Notes: generated from the sequence alone by a model not told the origin. Numbered from the stretch's first letter, positions 1 to 7,696 are shown. The stretch is DNA of 36,171 nucleotides from a virus (IMGVR_UViG_3300042109_000082:1-36171); one strand, 5' to 3'. Numbers and translations are program-made.

Positions 1-390
1 CTCCAACGCCTGAATCTCGGCATCCGTGAAGCCAGCAGCCTTCGCTAGTTCCTCGTCCTCAATCTGCAACGCGGCCAACTGCTGCGCCAAGGCTTCCTCG
101 TCCCACTCGGCCAGTTCAGCCGTGCGGTTGTCCGCGATGGCGTAGGCGGTCGCCTCGCTGCCCTCCAACTCCGTCCGCACGATGTTGATGTGATCCCACC
201 CCAACGCCTTCGCGGCCATCACCGTTCCGTTCCCCGCGATGATGATGCCCTTCGCATTGACGAGGACGGGCCGTTGCTGCCCGAACCGTGTCAGGCTCGC
301 CTTGATCGAATCGAGGTTCTTGGCGGGATGCCGCCGGACATTGGCCGGGTCGAGCGTCAAGGTTTCGATTTTCACGCGCTGCGTCTGCAT
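1..390 (-). CDS. ParB/Srx-like N-terminal half of a ParB-DNA methyltransferase fusion (partial; runs off the window start)
   Basis: Manual translation from ATG at 390: MQTQRVKIETLTLDPANVRRHPAKNLDSIKASLTRFGQQRPVLVNAKGIIIAGNGTVMAAKALGW...AYAIADNRTAELAEWDEEAL, open to base 1. Typical ParB-like motifs (N.R.H, FG..P, IIAG.G, IADN). Not in the ORF track. Confidence 0.9.
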   Translation of the reverse strand, partial: MQTQRVKIETLTLDPANVRRHPAKNLDSIKASLTRFGQQRPVLVNAKGIIIAGNGTVMAAKALGWDHINIVRTELEGSEATAYAIADNRTAELAEWDEEALAQQLAALQIEDEELAKAAGFTDAEIQALE

Positions 391-399
391 GGCATAAAT

Positions 400-432
400 G
401 CTACCGCCCCGGCGCGAGGCCGAGGCGGCAGC
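400..432 (-). terminator. Strong hairpin / probable intrinsic terminator after the membrane-protein cluster
   Basis: Minus strand GCTGCCGCCTCGGC-CTCGC-GCCGGGGCGGTAGC: 14-bp stem with two G-U pairs valid only on the minus strand, followed by a weak ATTT tail. Confidence 0.55.
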
Positions 433-453
433 TCGAACAGTTCCCCTTGTCCG

Positions 454-591
454 TCAGTCCTTCTTGCCGGGAATCCATCCCGCGATCTTCGACAGCGGGA
501 CGAGATGCCCGCCGATGTAGCCGATGGCGAAGGCAGCGACCGCACCCCACACGCTGCCGATCAGACTCTCAAGGCTCGCAAGCGTCATCAT
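454..591 (-). CDS. 45-aa membrane protein, holin-like candidate
   Basis: MMTLASLESLIGSVWGAVAAFAIGYIGGHLVPLSKIAGWIPGKKD; AAGGAG SD upstream; one hydrophobic helix and a basic C-terminus. Below the ORF-track cutoff. Confidence 0.7.
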   Translation of the reverse strand: MMTLASLESLIGSVWGAVAAFAIGYIGGHLVPLSKIAGWIPGKKD

Positions 592-594
592 GGT

Positions 595-1125
595 TCAGAC
601 TCCTTTCGCGGGAGATTGTACCGACTCCGCGTTCGCTTTGCGCCACGCCGCGTCGAACTCGCGGTCGGCTGCTCGACGGGCCGCGATGACCTCGCGCAGC
701 CCCTCGGGCTTGGTCTCGTCCAAAGCCGCGACGGCCAGTTCTGCCTCGGCGACCTTCCTGCGTGGTATCCACCCGATAGCGACCCGGATCGCCGTCCCGA
801 TGCCCGTGGCGTGGACGAGCCACACGAGGGCCGCGCCCGCCGCCGCGATGGCGACCCACCGGATCAGGCTTGACCACCACGGCTCGCGGTCTACGACCCC
901 CGGCAGGGCCGTGTGGATCGCCTGCGTGCCCTTGCCGATGGCTACGGCCTCCGTGGCAATCGTCGCCGCGTCAGCGACCACCTCGGGCTGATCGGACTGC
1001 TCGCCGATCCGCAACGCGAGGCGGTGGATCGTGTTCGCTCGCTCGCCGATGCCGTTGGCCTCGGTGGCGATGCGTTCACTAGCCGAGCAGCCGACGAGGA
1101 GCAGGCAGGCGAGGATGCGAGTCAC
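595..1125 (-). CDS. Lipoprotein with internal transmembrane segment (spanin-like candidate)
   Basis: N-terminal MTRILACLLLVGC lipobox-like signal; hydrophobic stretch WWSSLIRWVAIAAAGAALVWLV; GTGA overlap with the upstream stop. Confidence 0.65.
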   Translation of the reverse strand: MTRILACLLLVGCSASERIATEANGIGERANTIHRLALRIGEQSDQPEVVADAATIATEAVAIGKGTQAIHTALPGVVDREPWWSSLIRWVAIAAAGAALVWLVHATGIGTAIRVAIGWIPRRKVAEAELAVAALDETKPEGLREVIAARRAADREFDAAWRKANAESVQSPAKGV

Positions 1126-1958
1126 GAGACGAAGCGCACCGCGAGGCCGACACTGATGTTCGATGCGGTGCCTGTGGACATGGTGATTGATGGCGTTACG
1201 GTCGGAGCCGCAGTACCGAGGGCCGCGAAGCAGGTCAGCTTGTCAACGCCACAGAGTGCGATGTACGGACTGTCGTTGGTGCCAAGTGGATGCGGGTTCG
1301 AGCCCGAGAGGCTTCCACCGTACTGCGAGTGCCCGTTTAGGGTTTCAAACACCGGAGCCGTAGAAGATCCTCGCAAAAGAGAAGCGATGGAGGTTCGCGC
1401 CAGTCCATTGTCGCTCGCGGTAGCGATTCCGTAGTTTGACGGACACGCTGCCGAGTTGTCGCTGTAGTAGTTGAAAATGTTGCCTGCACCTCCGCCTGTG
1501 TTTGCAGCGAGTCGCCACGCGCCAAGAGCGCACCAGTATCCGTAAGTGCTAGGAGACACGGCGCTTGTCATCGAGGCCGTGCTTGGGTTGTAGGTGTATT
1601 CCGATGGCGCATTCGGAATACGACCCGCGAAGATGAATCGCAGCGGGTTTGTGCTAGCACCAACGACCTGAAGATTAGCGGTCGCAAAAGCATCGGTTGC
1701 GGCGGACACCGTGTAGTTCAGCACCGAGTACGGGATGAAACCACGCGCCCATCCGGGAACATCAAGCACCACGGAGTACTGTGCATCGGCTTCCGATCCC
1801 GTCAGAATCTCGTTGATGGTGTTCGGCTCTTCAAGCGTCTTCGTGACATCCTTGTGAATCAGGTAGAGGGCCGATCCGTGGTTTGAGAGCGTCGCGAGAC
1901 GCGAGGTCTCGCCCGGAACGGTGGTTTCCTTGAAGGTTTGGGCAGGAAAAACGCTCAT
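1122..1958 (-). CDS. Hypothetical protein (278 aa, Ser/Thr/Gly-rich, possibly virion-associated)
   Basis: Start re-called at MSVFPAQTF (ATG 1958) with AAAGGAAG SD; the upstream part of the track ORF overlaps another gene. Confidence 0.7.
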   Translation of the reverse strand: MSVFPAQTFKETTVPGETSRLATLSNHGSALYLIHKDVTKTLEEPNTINEILTGSEADAQYSVVLDVPGWARGFIPYSVLNYTVSAATDAFATANLQVVGASTNPLRFIFAGRIPNAPSEYTYNPSTASMTSAVSPSTYGYWCALGAWRLAANTGGGAGNIFNYYSDNSAACPSNYGIATASDNGLARTSIASLLRGSSTAPVFETLNGHSQYGGSLSGSNPHPLGTNDSPYIALCGVDKLTCFAALGTAAPTVTPSITMSTGTASNISVGLAVRFVS

Positions 1959-1960
1959 GG

Positions 1961-2245
1961 TCAGGGCTTCCTTTCGAGGCGGTCGAGCCGCAGTTGAATG
2001 CTGTCGATGCGTGCGCCGAACTCGCGGTCGCTCGCGGAGAGGGTGGACACGGCCTTCACGAGGTCGGAGGTGATCGTCGCCAGTTCCTTGATGCGCTCGC
2101 CCTGACCGTCGAGGGTCGCGTCTCGGCGACCGATGGTGAGGAACACGCCCGCGACCGAGCCGAGCAGCACTACGGTCTGCAAGCCCGCGAACACGGTTTG
2201 GAGGTTGATCTGCTTGCCGATCTTCACTTCGTCCGAGGTGGTCAT
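1961..2245 (-). CDS. Membrane protein, one TM helix plus coiled coil (holin/i-spanin-like candidate)
   Basis: MTTSDEVKIGKQINLQTVFAGLQTVVLLGSVAGVFLTIGRR...IDSIQLRLDRLERKP; ATGA coupling to the upstream gene. Confidence 0.65.
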   Translation of the reverse strand: MTTSDEVKIGKQINLQTVFAGLQTVVLLGSVAGVFLTIGRRDATLDGQGERIKELATITSDLVKAVSTLSASDREFGARIDSIQLRLDRLERKP

Positions 2246-2553
2246 GTCTTGGCCTTTGGACGGGATGGTAGCGGGTGCCGTCGCCATGCCAAAGAGAAAA
2301 GGACACGGGCCACCACCGCCGCCGCGTCGGTCACGGTTTCCTCCGCAAGCGAAGGGATCGCCGCGTGGAGGGTCTCGTGGACGGTGACCTCGAGGAGCCG
2401 TTGCGCTCGGAGGTTGCGCCGGATTCGGATGGTGGGGTGTGGCCCCGGCGGGTGGTCGCAGTCGCCGTCGCGATCCTTGGGCAGCTCGCGCGCCTTGACC
2501 ATGCGGACGCGCCACCGCCGCCCGTTGATCGTGGCTCGCGTTTCAAGTCGCAC
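2242..2553 (-). CDS. Minimal zincin-like metallopeptidase (HExxH)
   Basis: LEVTVHETLHAA motif followed by EE; adjacent to a phosphoesterase, a common pairing in phages. Confidence 0.7.
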   Translation of the reverse strand: MRLETRATINGRRWRVRMVKARELPKDRDGDCDHPPGPHPTIRIRRNLRAQRLLEVTVHETLHAAIPSLAEETVTDAAAVVARVLFSLAWRRHPLPSRPKAKT

Positions 2554-3508
2554 GGGTCACCTCGGCGGCGAGTCTGTAGTCCTTCTGCGTCCCGGCGATG
2601 TGCAGGCGCATCCACACCGCGCCGACTGGCTTGGGCGGCAGTCCCTTCTCCAGTTCCCAACCGCCGAAGCCGTCCGAGTGCGACCGCTTGTACGAACCGA
2701 TGCGGACATGGATCTGCTCATCGAGTACGACCTCGGCTCGGCCCATGAACTGCCGCACGCGCTCCTGCGCGATTGGAACGATGTAGTGCGTGTGCGTGTG
2801 GCCGTTGATGACGAGGTTCGCATCGGGGTAGATGGCGGCATCCCGACGAACCGCGAGGCTTCCGTGGCTCATCGGTGATGCCCCGCCGGAACCGTGAAAC
2901 GCCTTGCACTTGAACGAGTACGAGCCTCCGTTCCTCGAGACGAGCCGGAACAGGATCCACCCGCCGTAGCCGCTGCTGTAGACCGGGCACGGGCCCGCCG
3001 CGCTCAACCCCGCGCAGAGCCTCTCGGTGAGGTCGGATTCATGTCGGCGAGTTATGGCTGTTTCGTGATTTCCACGGAGGATCGCCACCCACCGATCCGC
3101 GTACTTGCCGCCGTAGAACTTGATCGCCTCGCGAACGAGCGCGTCGAGGTAGTCGCCGCACTGGTACTCATCTCGCAACGCGCTGCGGTCTGCTCGAGGA
3201 TCCCACTTGCCCTGCATGGCGCAGAACAGGTCGCCGCAGTCGATGATGCCGCCCTTCCGGCGCACGATCTCGTCGAGGTGCTTGCGCTCGAGTTCGTGGT
3301 CGGTCTTGGCGTGGTCGTGGTGCCGATCTGACGAGAGGAGGCAATGCCATTCGAACTCGTGCGGCGTGTCGCACAGCATCGTCACCCGGTGGATGTTGCG
3401 GGCGAGTTTCTCGACCGTCCATTGCGTGCCCGGCGTGATGCCTTCGCGCCAGTAGTGATCCTTCAGCTCCTCGCGGATGCGTTCCTTGTCGCAGCGTCGG
3501 GTCATCAT
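2543..3508 (-). CDS. Calcineurin-like metallophosphoesterase
   Basis: All five motifs in order: SDRH, GDLF, GNHE, FHG, GHTH. Confidence 0.9.
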   Translation of the reverse strand: MMTRRCDKERIREELKDHYWREGITPGTQWTVEKLARNIHRVTMLCDTPHEFEWHCLLSSDRHHDHAKTDHELERKHLDEIVRRKGGIIDCGDLFCAMQGKWDPRADRSALRDEYQCGDYLDALVREAIKFYGGKYADRWVAILRGNHETAITRRHESDLTERLCAGLSAAGPCPVYSSGYGGWILFRLVSRNGGSYSFKCKAFHGSGGASPMSHGSLAVRRDAAIYPDANLVINGHTHTHYIVPIAQERVRQFMGRAEVVLDEQIHVRIGSYKRSHSDGFGGWELEKGLPPKPVGAVWMRLHIAGTQKDYRLAAEVTRAT

Positions 3509-3945
3509 CGCACCTCGTTCAGGAGGAGTTCGACGCGCGGGTTCTTCGCGTCCACGAGTATCACGAGCGGAAGGTGCGTCAGGGCGTTGTCATCGCGGAG
3601 CAGGCCCGCGTCTACGAGACCGTCGAACACGGCCTTGAGGCTCGCCAGGCAGTTGTCCTTGTCGCGGCGGCGAGCGTCTCGAGCGAACCAATGCACCTCA
3701 CAGGTCGCGTCCTTCCACCCACCTTTGACATCGGCCTCGTACATGGCGACCTGTGCCGCAGCCCACGCCTCCGTTCGCGCACGCTTCACGGCCTTGAACT
3801 TCACGGCCCAATGGCACCGCGCGTTCGGCGAGAGCGTCCGAGCAGGGGTGCCGACCGTGACGGTGAGCGACTCGGCCACGGGTGCATTGTGGCCGTCGCC
3901 ATCATCCGGTGGAAGGGATCGCGCCGTCCGTGGCTCGTCTCCCAT
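3505..3945 (-). CDS. rusA: RusA-like Holliday junction resolvase
   Basis: SPN...RRRDKDNCLASLKAVFDGLVDAGLLRDDN...NPRVEL (DxDN, K, D, DD catalytic pattern). Confidence 0.85.
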   Translation of the reverse strand: MGDEPRTARSLPPDDGDGHNAPVAESLTVTVGTPARTLSPNARCHWAVKFKAVKRARTEAWAAAQVAMYEADVKGGWKDATCEVHWFARDARRRDKDNCLASLKAVFDGLVDAGLLRDDNALTHLPLVILVDAKNPRVELLLNEVR

Positions 3946-3960
3946 CGTGAACCTCCTCGC

Positions 3961-4212
3961 CTACTGGTCGTCCTCTCGTGGTCTGAACTTGCGCCTCGGC
4001 AACGGCTCGACGGCGGCGAACACCTGTGCCGCGAGCTTCAGGCCCGCGCGTGCTTCGTCTAGGTCGTACTGCGTGGGGTAGTGCTTCAGGAGTCGCCGCG
4101 CCTCGGCCCGGAGTTCACCCGGCACCCCCGGCGTGCGCTTGGGGTCAACAAGTGCCGCGAGGAAGTGCCGGGTTTTGGCGATGGCTCGGAATCGTTCGTG
4201 TGGCAGGGTCAT
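3961..4212 (-). CDS. BPSL0761-like family protein
   Basis: MTLPHERFRA...TPGVP...RAEARRLLKHYP signature recognised from memory. Confidence 0.7.
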   Translation of the reverse strand: MTLPHERFRAIAKTRHFLAALVDPKRTPGVPGELRAEARRLLKHYPTQYDLDEARAGLKLAAQVFAAVEPLPRRKFRPREDDQ

Positions 4213-4248
4213 GGCGCAGGAATCCCTAGTCCCTTATGCGAGACCATC

Positions 4249-4800
4249 TTACCGCCAATCGGAATGATGCAGAACGGTCAACTTCCTGACATCGAGCAGC
4301 CACGATTCCTTCGCATTGCCCGACTGATCGAACGCTCGGGCTTGATACTCGTGCCGACACGATCCGCTGTCTTCGATTGCCTTTCGGATTTGTGCGAGTG
4401 TTCCGACCGCGACCAGTCGCATCGGTTCGACTGTCACGGCCTGCGAGTCTGGTGTGGGCTGATACTTCATGCCTTCGCCCCACAGGACATCGAACAGCAC
4501 TTGGATATCCGGGTACTGTTTTCGATACCGCTGCCCGTCCTTCGTGTTGAATGTGACGGTGTACTGGGGATCGAGCTTGTAGAGTGCTTGGGCGCGATAG
4601 AACGGCGTTCTGACGGTCTTGAGGTCTGCCGGGTTTCCGTCGTAGATCAGGTCATAGGTGTAGGGATCGGTGGTCTTCGCGGGGTTGACCGCCACGGGCA
4701 TGTCGAGCGTCAGGAAAGCCCATCGGCAGAAGGTCGCTTCCGTCTTGGGGCCGAACTCTTCGCACCATGCTCGCTTGTCTTCGTTGCTGACTGGTCTCAT
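4249..4800 (-). CDS. Putative PD-(D/E)xK-fold nuclease-like protein
   Basis: Start re-called at MRPVSNEDK (ATGA overlap); E...YTYDL...ADLKT pattern. Confidence 0.55.
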   Translation of the reverse strand: MRPVSNEDKRAWCEEFGPKTEATFCRWAFLTLDMPVAVNPAKTTDPYTYDLIYDGNPADLKTVRTPFYRAQALYKLDPQYTVTFNTKDGQRYRKQYPDIQVLFDVLWGEGMKYQPTPDSQAVTVEPMRLVAVGTLAQIRKAIEDSGSCRHEYQARAFDQSGNAKESWLLDVRKLTVLHHSDWR

Positions 4801-4949
4801 CGGTTGACCTCCGATTCGTCGGCCTTGCCGTCCTGCTTCGCCAGTTCCGCTCGAAGCCGCTTGATCTCCGCAGCGGCCTCCAGCGCGATGCCGTAGCCGT
4901 AAGCCTGCCATAGCCCTTCCAGCCGTTCCACAATGTCGCGTTCGTTCAT
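4797..4949 (-). CDS. Small hypothetical protein (DIVERL...EAAAEIKRLR type)
   Basis: MNERDIVERLEGLWQAYGYGIALEAAAEIKRLRAELAKQ; ATGA overlaps at both ends. Confidence 0.75.
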   Translation of the reverse strand: MNERDIVERLEGLWQAYGYGIALEAAAEIKRLRAELAKQDGKADESEVNR

Positions 4950-5338
4950 AGCCCGTTCTCCGCATCCATCTTGGCGAGCCGATCCAGCGGCGATTCGCGG
5001 AAGCAGTCCCATTGCAATGCCGCCGCGATGTCCTCGGGCCGCTTGCCTTGGATTGCTGCCGCTCGGTGTCTGCATACCTCGCGCCGGAGCAGGTCGCGCT
5101 CGCGCACCGCTTGGTCGCAGCGTTTCTGTAGGTCGATGATCCACGCTTGATTTGCTTCGTCTGATTTTGTGCGATCCCAAATCGCTTGTCCAGATAAAGC
5201 CCTCGCCTCGTCGCGCTCGACGCGTAGGCGTTCGATTTCATAGATTGCTAATTTCAATCCCATTGCAATTCTAAGATTTCCACACGCCGCATCGCTGCAT
5301 TGAATTCTTCGTAGAGTTTCGATGATGTCCTCGCTCAT
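4946..5338 (-). CDS. Hypothetical protein, ERDEAR...WDCF paralog 3
   Basis: ORF track; contains ERDEAR, ERDLLRR and QWDCFRE. Confidence 0.8.
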   Translation of the reverse strand: MSEDIIETLRRIQCSDAACGNLRIAMGLKLAIYEIERLRVERDEARALSGQAIWDRTKSDEANQAWIIDLQKRCDQAVRERDLLRREVCRHRAAAIQGKRPEDIAAALQWDCFRESPLDRLAKMDAENGL

Positions 5339-5598
5339 TTACCATCCTCTCTGAAGCAATCCCATCCATGCTGCTTTGCAAAATCTTCAGGCGACCATTC
5401 ACGCGGTTCATCATCTCCCATGCACGATTGCAAACAGGCGATTCGCCTCGCCTCGTCGCGCTCGGCGGTGAGACGGGCTATCTCGCGCTCCAGTTCACGG
5501 GCAAAATCTGAAAGAACAATGAACTCCGACCGCAGACCGTCATCGCTCCACAGTTCTACTTCTGCTTTGTCGGTGCGTGGTGTTTTGGTGTCGTTCAC
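5335..5598 (-). CDS. Hypothetical protein, ERDEAR...WDCF paralog 2
   Basis: GTG start re-called at 5598 (AGGAGG SD, GTGA overlap); TPRTD...FARELERE...ERDEARR...GWDCFREDGK. Confidence 0.8.
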   Translation of the reverse strand: MNDTKTPRTDKAEVELWSDDGLRSEFIVLSDFARELEREIARLTAERDEARRIACLQSCMGDDEPREWSPEDFAKQHGWDCFREDGK

Positions 5599-5825
5599 TT
5601 GCCGTCCTCCTTGTAGCAGTCCCAGCCTCGCTCTAATGCAACATCCTTTTCCGTCTTTACCCAACTCCGGAGCAACCAGCACACTTTTCGCCTCGCCTCA
5701 TCGCGCTCCCGCCGCGCCTCGCGCAATGCTCGCCAGAGCGCAGCCTCAACCGCGTGTCGCGTGGCCGGGATCTTGACCTGTGATGTTTCGTCGGTCGCTG
5801 GATCTGTCGGTTGATGATTTGTCAC
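5595..5825 (-). CDS. Hypothetical protein, ERDEAR...WDCY paralog 1
   Basis: GTG start at 5825 overlapping the upstream stop; ERDEARR...GWDCYKEDGK. Confidence 0.75.
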   Translation of the reverse strand: MTNHQPTDPATDETSQVKIPATRHAVEAALWRALREARRERDEARRKVCWLLRSWVKTEKDVALERGWDCYKEDGK

Positions 5826-5826
5826 G
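5794..5826. repeat. 33-bp direct repeat, copy 1
   Basis: gtcgctggatctgtcggttgatgatttgtcacg; 31/33 identical to 6356..6388, with a 24-bp perfect core. Confidence 0.95.
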
Positions 5827-6349
5827 TCGTGCTCCACAAACTGTCTTCTGTATCGGACAATTCAGGCAAAACGATTGGTGCGTAACTGTTATTCAAAATT
5901 CTTGACCATCGACCTTTCAAACACGTCGGCTGATCGGTTCTTCGCTGCTTGCCATCCGTGTGTTTCCATTGGCCTCCGCCAGCAGCACCCTCATAAGTCC
6001 AACCGCTCGCTTTCAAACTGATGCCGCTTTCTGTTTCCAACACATACGTCTGGATTCGCAGATAACCCATTTCTTTTCCAATGCGTGCTGCAGCTGCGTA
6101 CAGTGCACTGCAAGCATTTGCTTGCCCATTGGTTACTAGCCGTGTGACTTCAAGGACTTCTCGCGGCAGGCCAGCAAGTCTCGCTACTGGCCTACCAACG
6201 ATTGCTGCGCCACATACTGTCCCATCTTCAGTAACAACTCCAATGCTGAAACGGTGTCCCTGACACGGCTTGTGATGGCGATGCCATGCCGATACGACAA
6301 GATTTGCTTCCGTCAATTCCAATGGAATCACCTTGAGGCGGGATTGCAT
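5822..6349 (-). CDS. XF1762-family (Mom-related, GNAT-like) protein
   Basis: EANLVVSAWHRHHKP..GHRFSIG...CGAAIVGRPVAR...LEVTRL...NACSALY...MGYLRIQTY....ESGISLKASGW signature; visibly more AT-rich than its neighbours. Confidence 0.85.
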   Translation of the reverse strand: MQSRLKVIPLELTEANLVVSAWHRHHKPCQGHRFSIGVVTEDGTVCGAAIVGRPVARLAGLPREVLEVTRLVTNGQANACSALYAAAARIGKEMGYLRIQTYVLETESGISLKASGWTYEGAAGGGQWKHTDGKQRRTDQPTCLKGRWSRILNNSYAPIVLPELSDTEDSLWSTT

Positions 6350-6355
6350 GTGCTA

Positions 6356-6388
6356 GTCGCTTGGTCTGTCGGTTGATGATTTGTCACG
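6356..6388. repeat. 33-bp direct repeat, copy 2
   Basis: gtcgcttggtctgtcggttgatgatttgtcacg; encodes the same MTNHQPTD start as copy 1. Confidence 0.95.
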
Positions 6389-6842
6389 CGAAGACTCCCT
6401 TCCGTTCCATTGCTGCCCAAACGATTCCGGTGGCATACGCACTCCACTCCTCGACCTTGCCCGGTAGCGGATCGCCGCCGAGCGCACCGACCTGTCTCGC
6501 ATAGGAGACACCTACCGCGATCTCCTCGCGCGTAGCGAGCATGAGCATCCGCTTCATGTCCTCGCGGTCGCGGTCTACCTCGGCCGGGTTGATGCCCTCG
6601 CGCCACGCCTGCGCCTGCACTACCTCGCGCCGCTTGTTGCGCTTGATTTCTCCGACCAGTTCCTCGGGCTTCACGTGCGAGCGCGAGAGTGTGCGCCGCA
6701 TGGACTTGCAGGCGGCTGCGATCTCCTCGTGCGTGAACTCCTCCAGCACCTTCGCGGCCTCGTCGTACCGCTTGGAATCCGGCTTGGCCCACGAGGAGCC
6801 GCCAAAGTACTCGAGGATCGTGGCTGCGGTTTCGGCTCTCAT
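6384..6842 (-). CDS. Replication-associated protein (positional helicase loader/inhibitor analogue)
   Basis: Directly downstream of the initiator with ATGA coupling; helical pattern LEEFTHEEIAAACK...HVKPEEL. Function inferred from position. Confidence 0.55.
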   Translation of the reverse strand: MRAETAATILEYFGGSSWAKPDSKRYDEAAKVLEEFTHEEIAAACKSMRRTLSRSHVKPEELVGEIKRNKRREVVQAQAWREGINPAEVDRDREDMKRMLMLATREEIAVGVSYARQVGALGGDPLPGKVEEWSAYATGIVWAAMERKGVFA

Positions 6843-7615
6843 GGTGTCTCCACCGGGTCAAGGTAGCGGCCCTGCCCAAGCCAAGTCGCCGGGTGCGGGA
6901 TGAACTTCGGGTCGGTGAGCTTGTGCTGCTTGGCGAGCGCGTCGATCCGCTCCTCCATCCAGATGAGGGCATCGTGCGGCTCGTCATGCTCGAAGTCCTC
7001 CATGACCTCGCGCACGGCCTTGTCGAGCAGCGTCATAGCCTTCTTCCTGCCCACCTTGCGCGGGAACCTCTGCCACAGCGCGTCGAGCGCGGCCTGCGGG
7101 ATCGTGGCTCGCCTGTTCGGGCTCGGATCATCTGACGGTGAAACGGGCTCGACGGCGGAGCCGTTGAGCGTATCTCTGACTTTGCTTTCGCTGTCGGTTC
7201 CGATCTCGCTTTCGATTTCGTTATCGCTTTCGTTTTCGATGGCATCGTTCTGCATTGCTGCCGCATTGCGTCCGCTATGCCACCGCATTGCTGCGGCATT
7301 GCGAGCCTGCTTGCGCTTCCGGTCGCCTGCCGCAAGGCTCTTTGCCCGGATCTCCTCGCAGCGGGGATTCCGAAGCAGCCCGTCCGGGCCGAGGATGAAC
7401 TTGCGCTTGATGCGATCCCAATGCGCGACCGTTCCCGGCGCGATCTCCTCCAGCACTTGCGGGTCGGCATTTAGACCGCCGTTGCTGTACTGCTCGCAGA
7501 GCAGATACAGATACGCGAGCGCAGCTTCAGCGGGCCACCCCCTCGTAGACCACGCGAAGCGTTGGTAGTAGAACGGCATGAAACCCATCGCGCCGCTCTC
7601 GGTTTGTACACTCAC
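6839..7615 (-). CDS. Replication initiator (DUF1376/YdaU-like N-terminus, replisome-organiser-like C-terminus)
   Basis: FMPFY...AYLYLLCEQY..GGL..D N-terminus; LWQRFPRKVGRKKA and KFIPHPATWLGQGRY C-terminal motifs; CAGGAGG SD. Confidence 0.85.
   Translation of the reverse strand: MSVQTESGAMGFMPFYYQRFAWSTRGWPAEAALAYLYLLCEQYSNGGLNADPQVLEEIAPGTVAHWDRIKRKFILGPDGLLRNPRCEEIRAKSLAAGDRKRKQARNAAAMRWHSGRNAAAMQNDAIENESDNEIESEIGTDSESKVRDTLNGSAVEPVSPSDDPSPNRRATIPQAALDALWQRFPRKVGRKKAMTLLDKAVREVMEDFEHDEPHDALIWMEERIDALAKQHKLTDPKFIPHPATWLGQGRYLDPVETP
7205..7303. other. Putative replication origin (iteron-like array inside the initiator gene)
   Basis: GCATTGC at 7252, 7263, 7285, 7296 and degenerate GCTATGC at 7274 (exact 11-bp period), next to a T-rich 6-bp-period tract (TTCGAT/TTCGTT/ATCGCT) at 7205..7240. 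Confidence 0.65.
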
Positions 7616-7655
7616 TCGAAGCCTCCTGCGCTCTCTATCAGCGCGGTTACGGTTA

Positions 7656-7688
7656 GAGACGGCTCCCGCACGCTACGGGGGCCGTTTC
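7656..7688 (+). terminator. Antisense-strand hairpin upstream of the initiator gene
   Basis: GAGACGGCTCCCG-CACGCTA-CGGGGGCCGTTTC: 13-bp stem whose two G-U pairs form only on the + strand; weak GCTTT tail. Confidence 0.4.
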
Positions 7689-7696
7689 GCTTTCCA

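Noticed and set aside
1-390. ParB as evidence of plasmid-prophage partitioning
   Set aside because: It is the common ParB-like domain fused to a methyltransferase next to terminase; no ParA or parS array seen.
190-873. 227-aa + strand ORF at the window start
   Set aside because: Overlaps three better-supported minus-strand genes and a hairpin.
5201-6388. Spaced short repeats considered as a CRISPR or mini-array
   Set aside because: Repeats are within coding sequence, spacing is hundreds of bases and irregular, and no cas genes are present.
6505-6512. GAGACACC on the + strand inside the 6384..6842 gene
   Set aside because: Wrong strand relative to the mRNA and not at a start codon; consistent with a chance occurrence, so not counted as an sRNA target.
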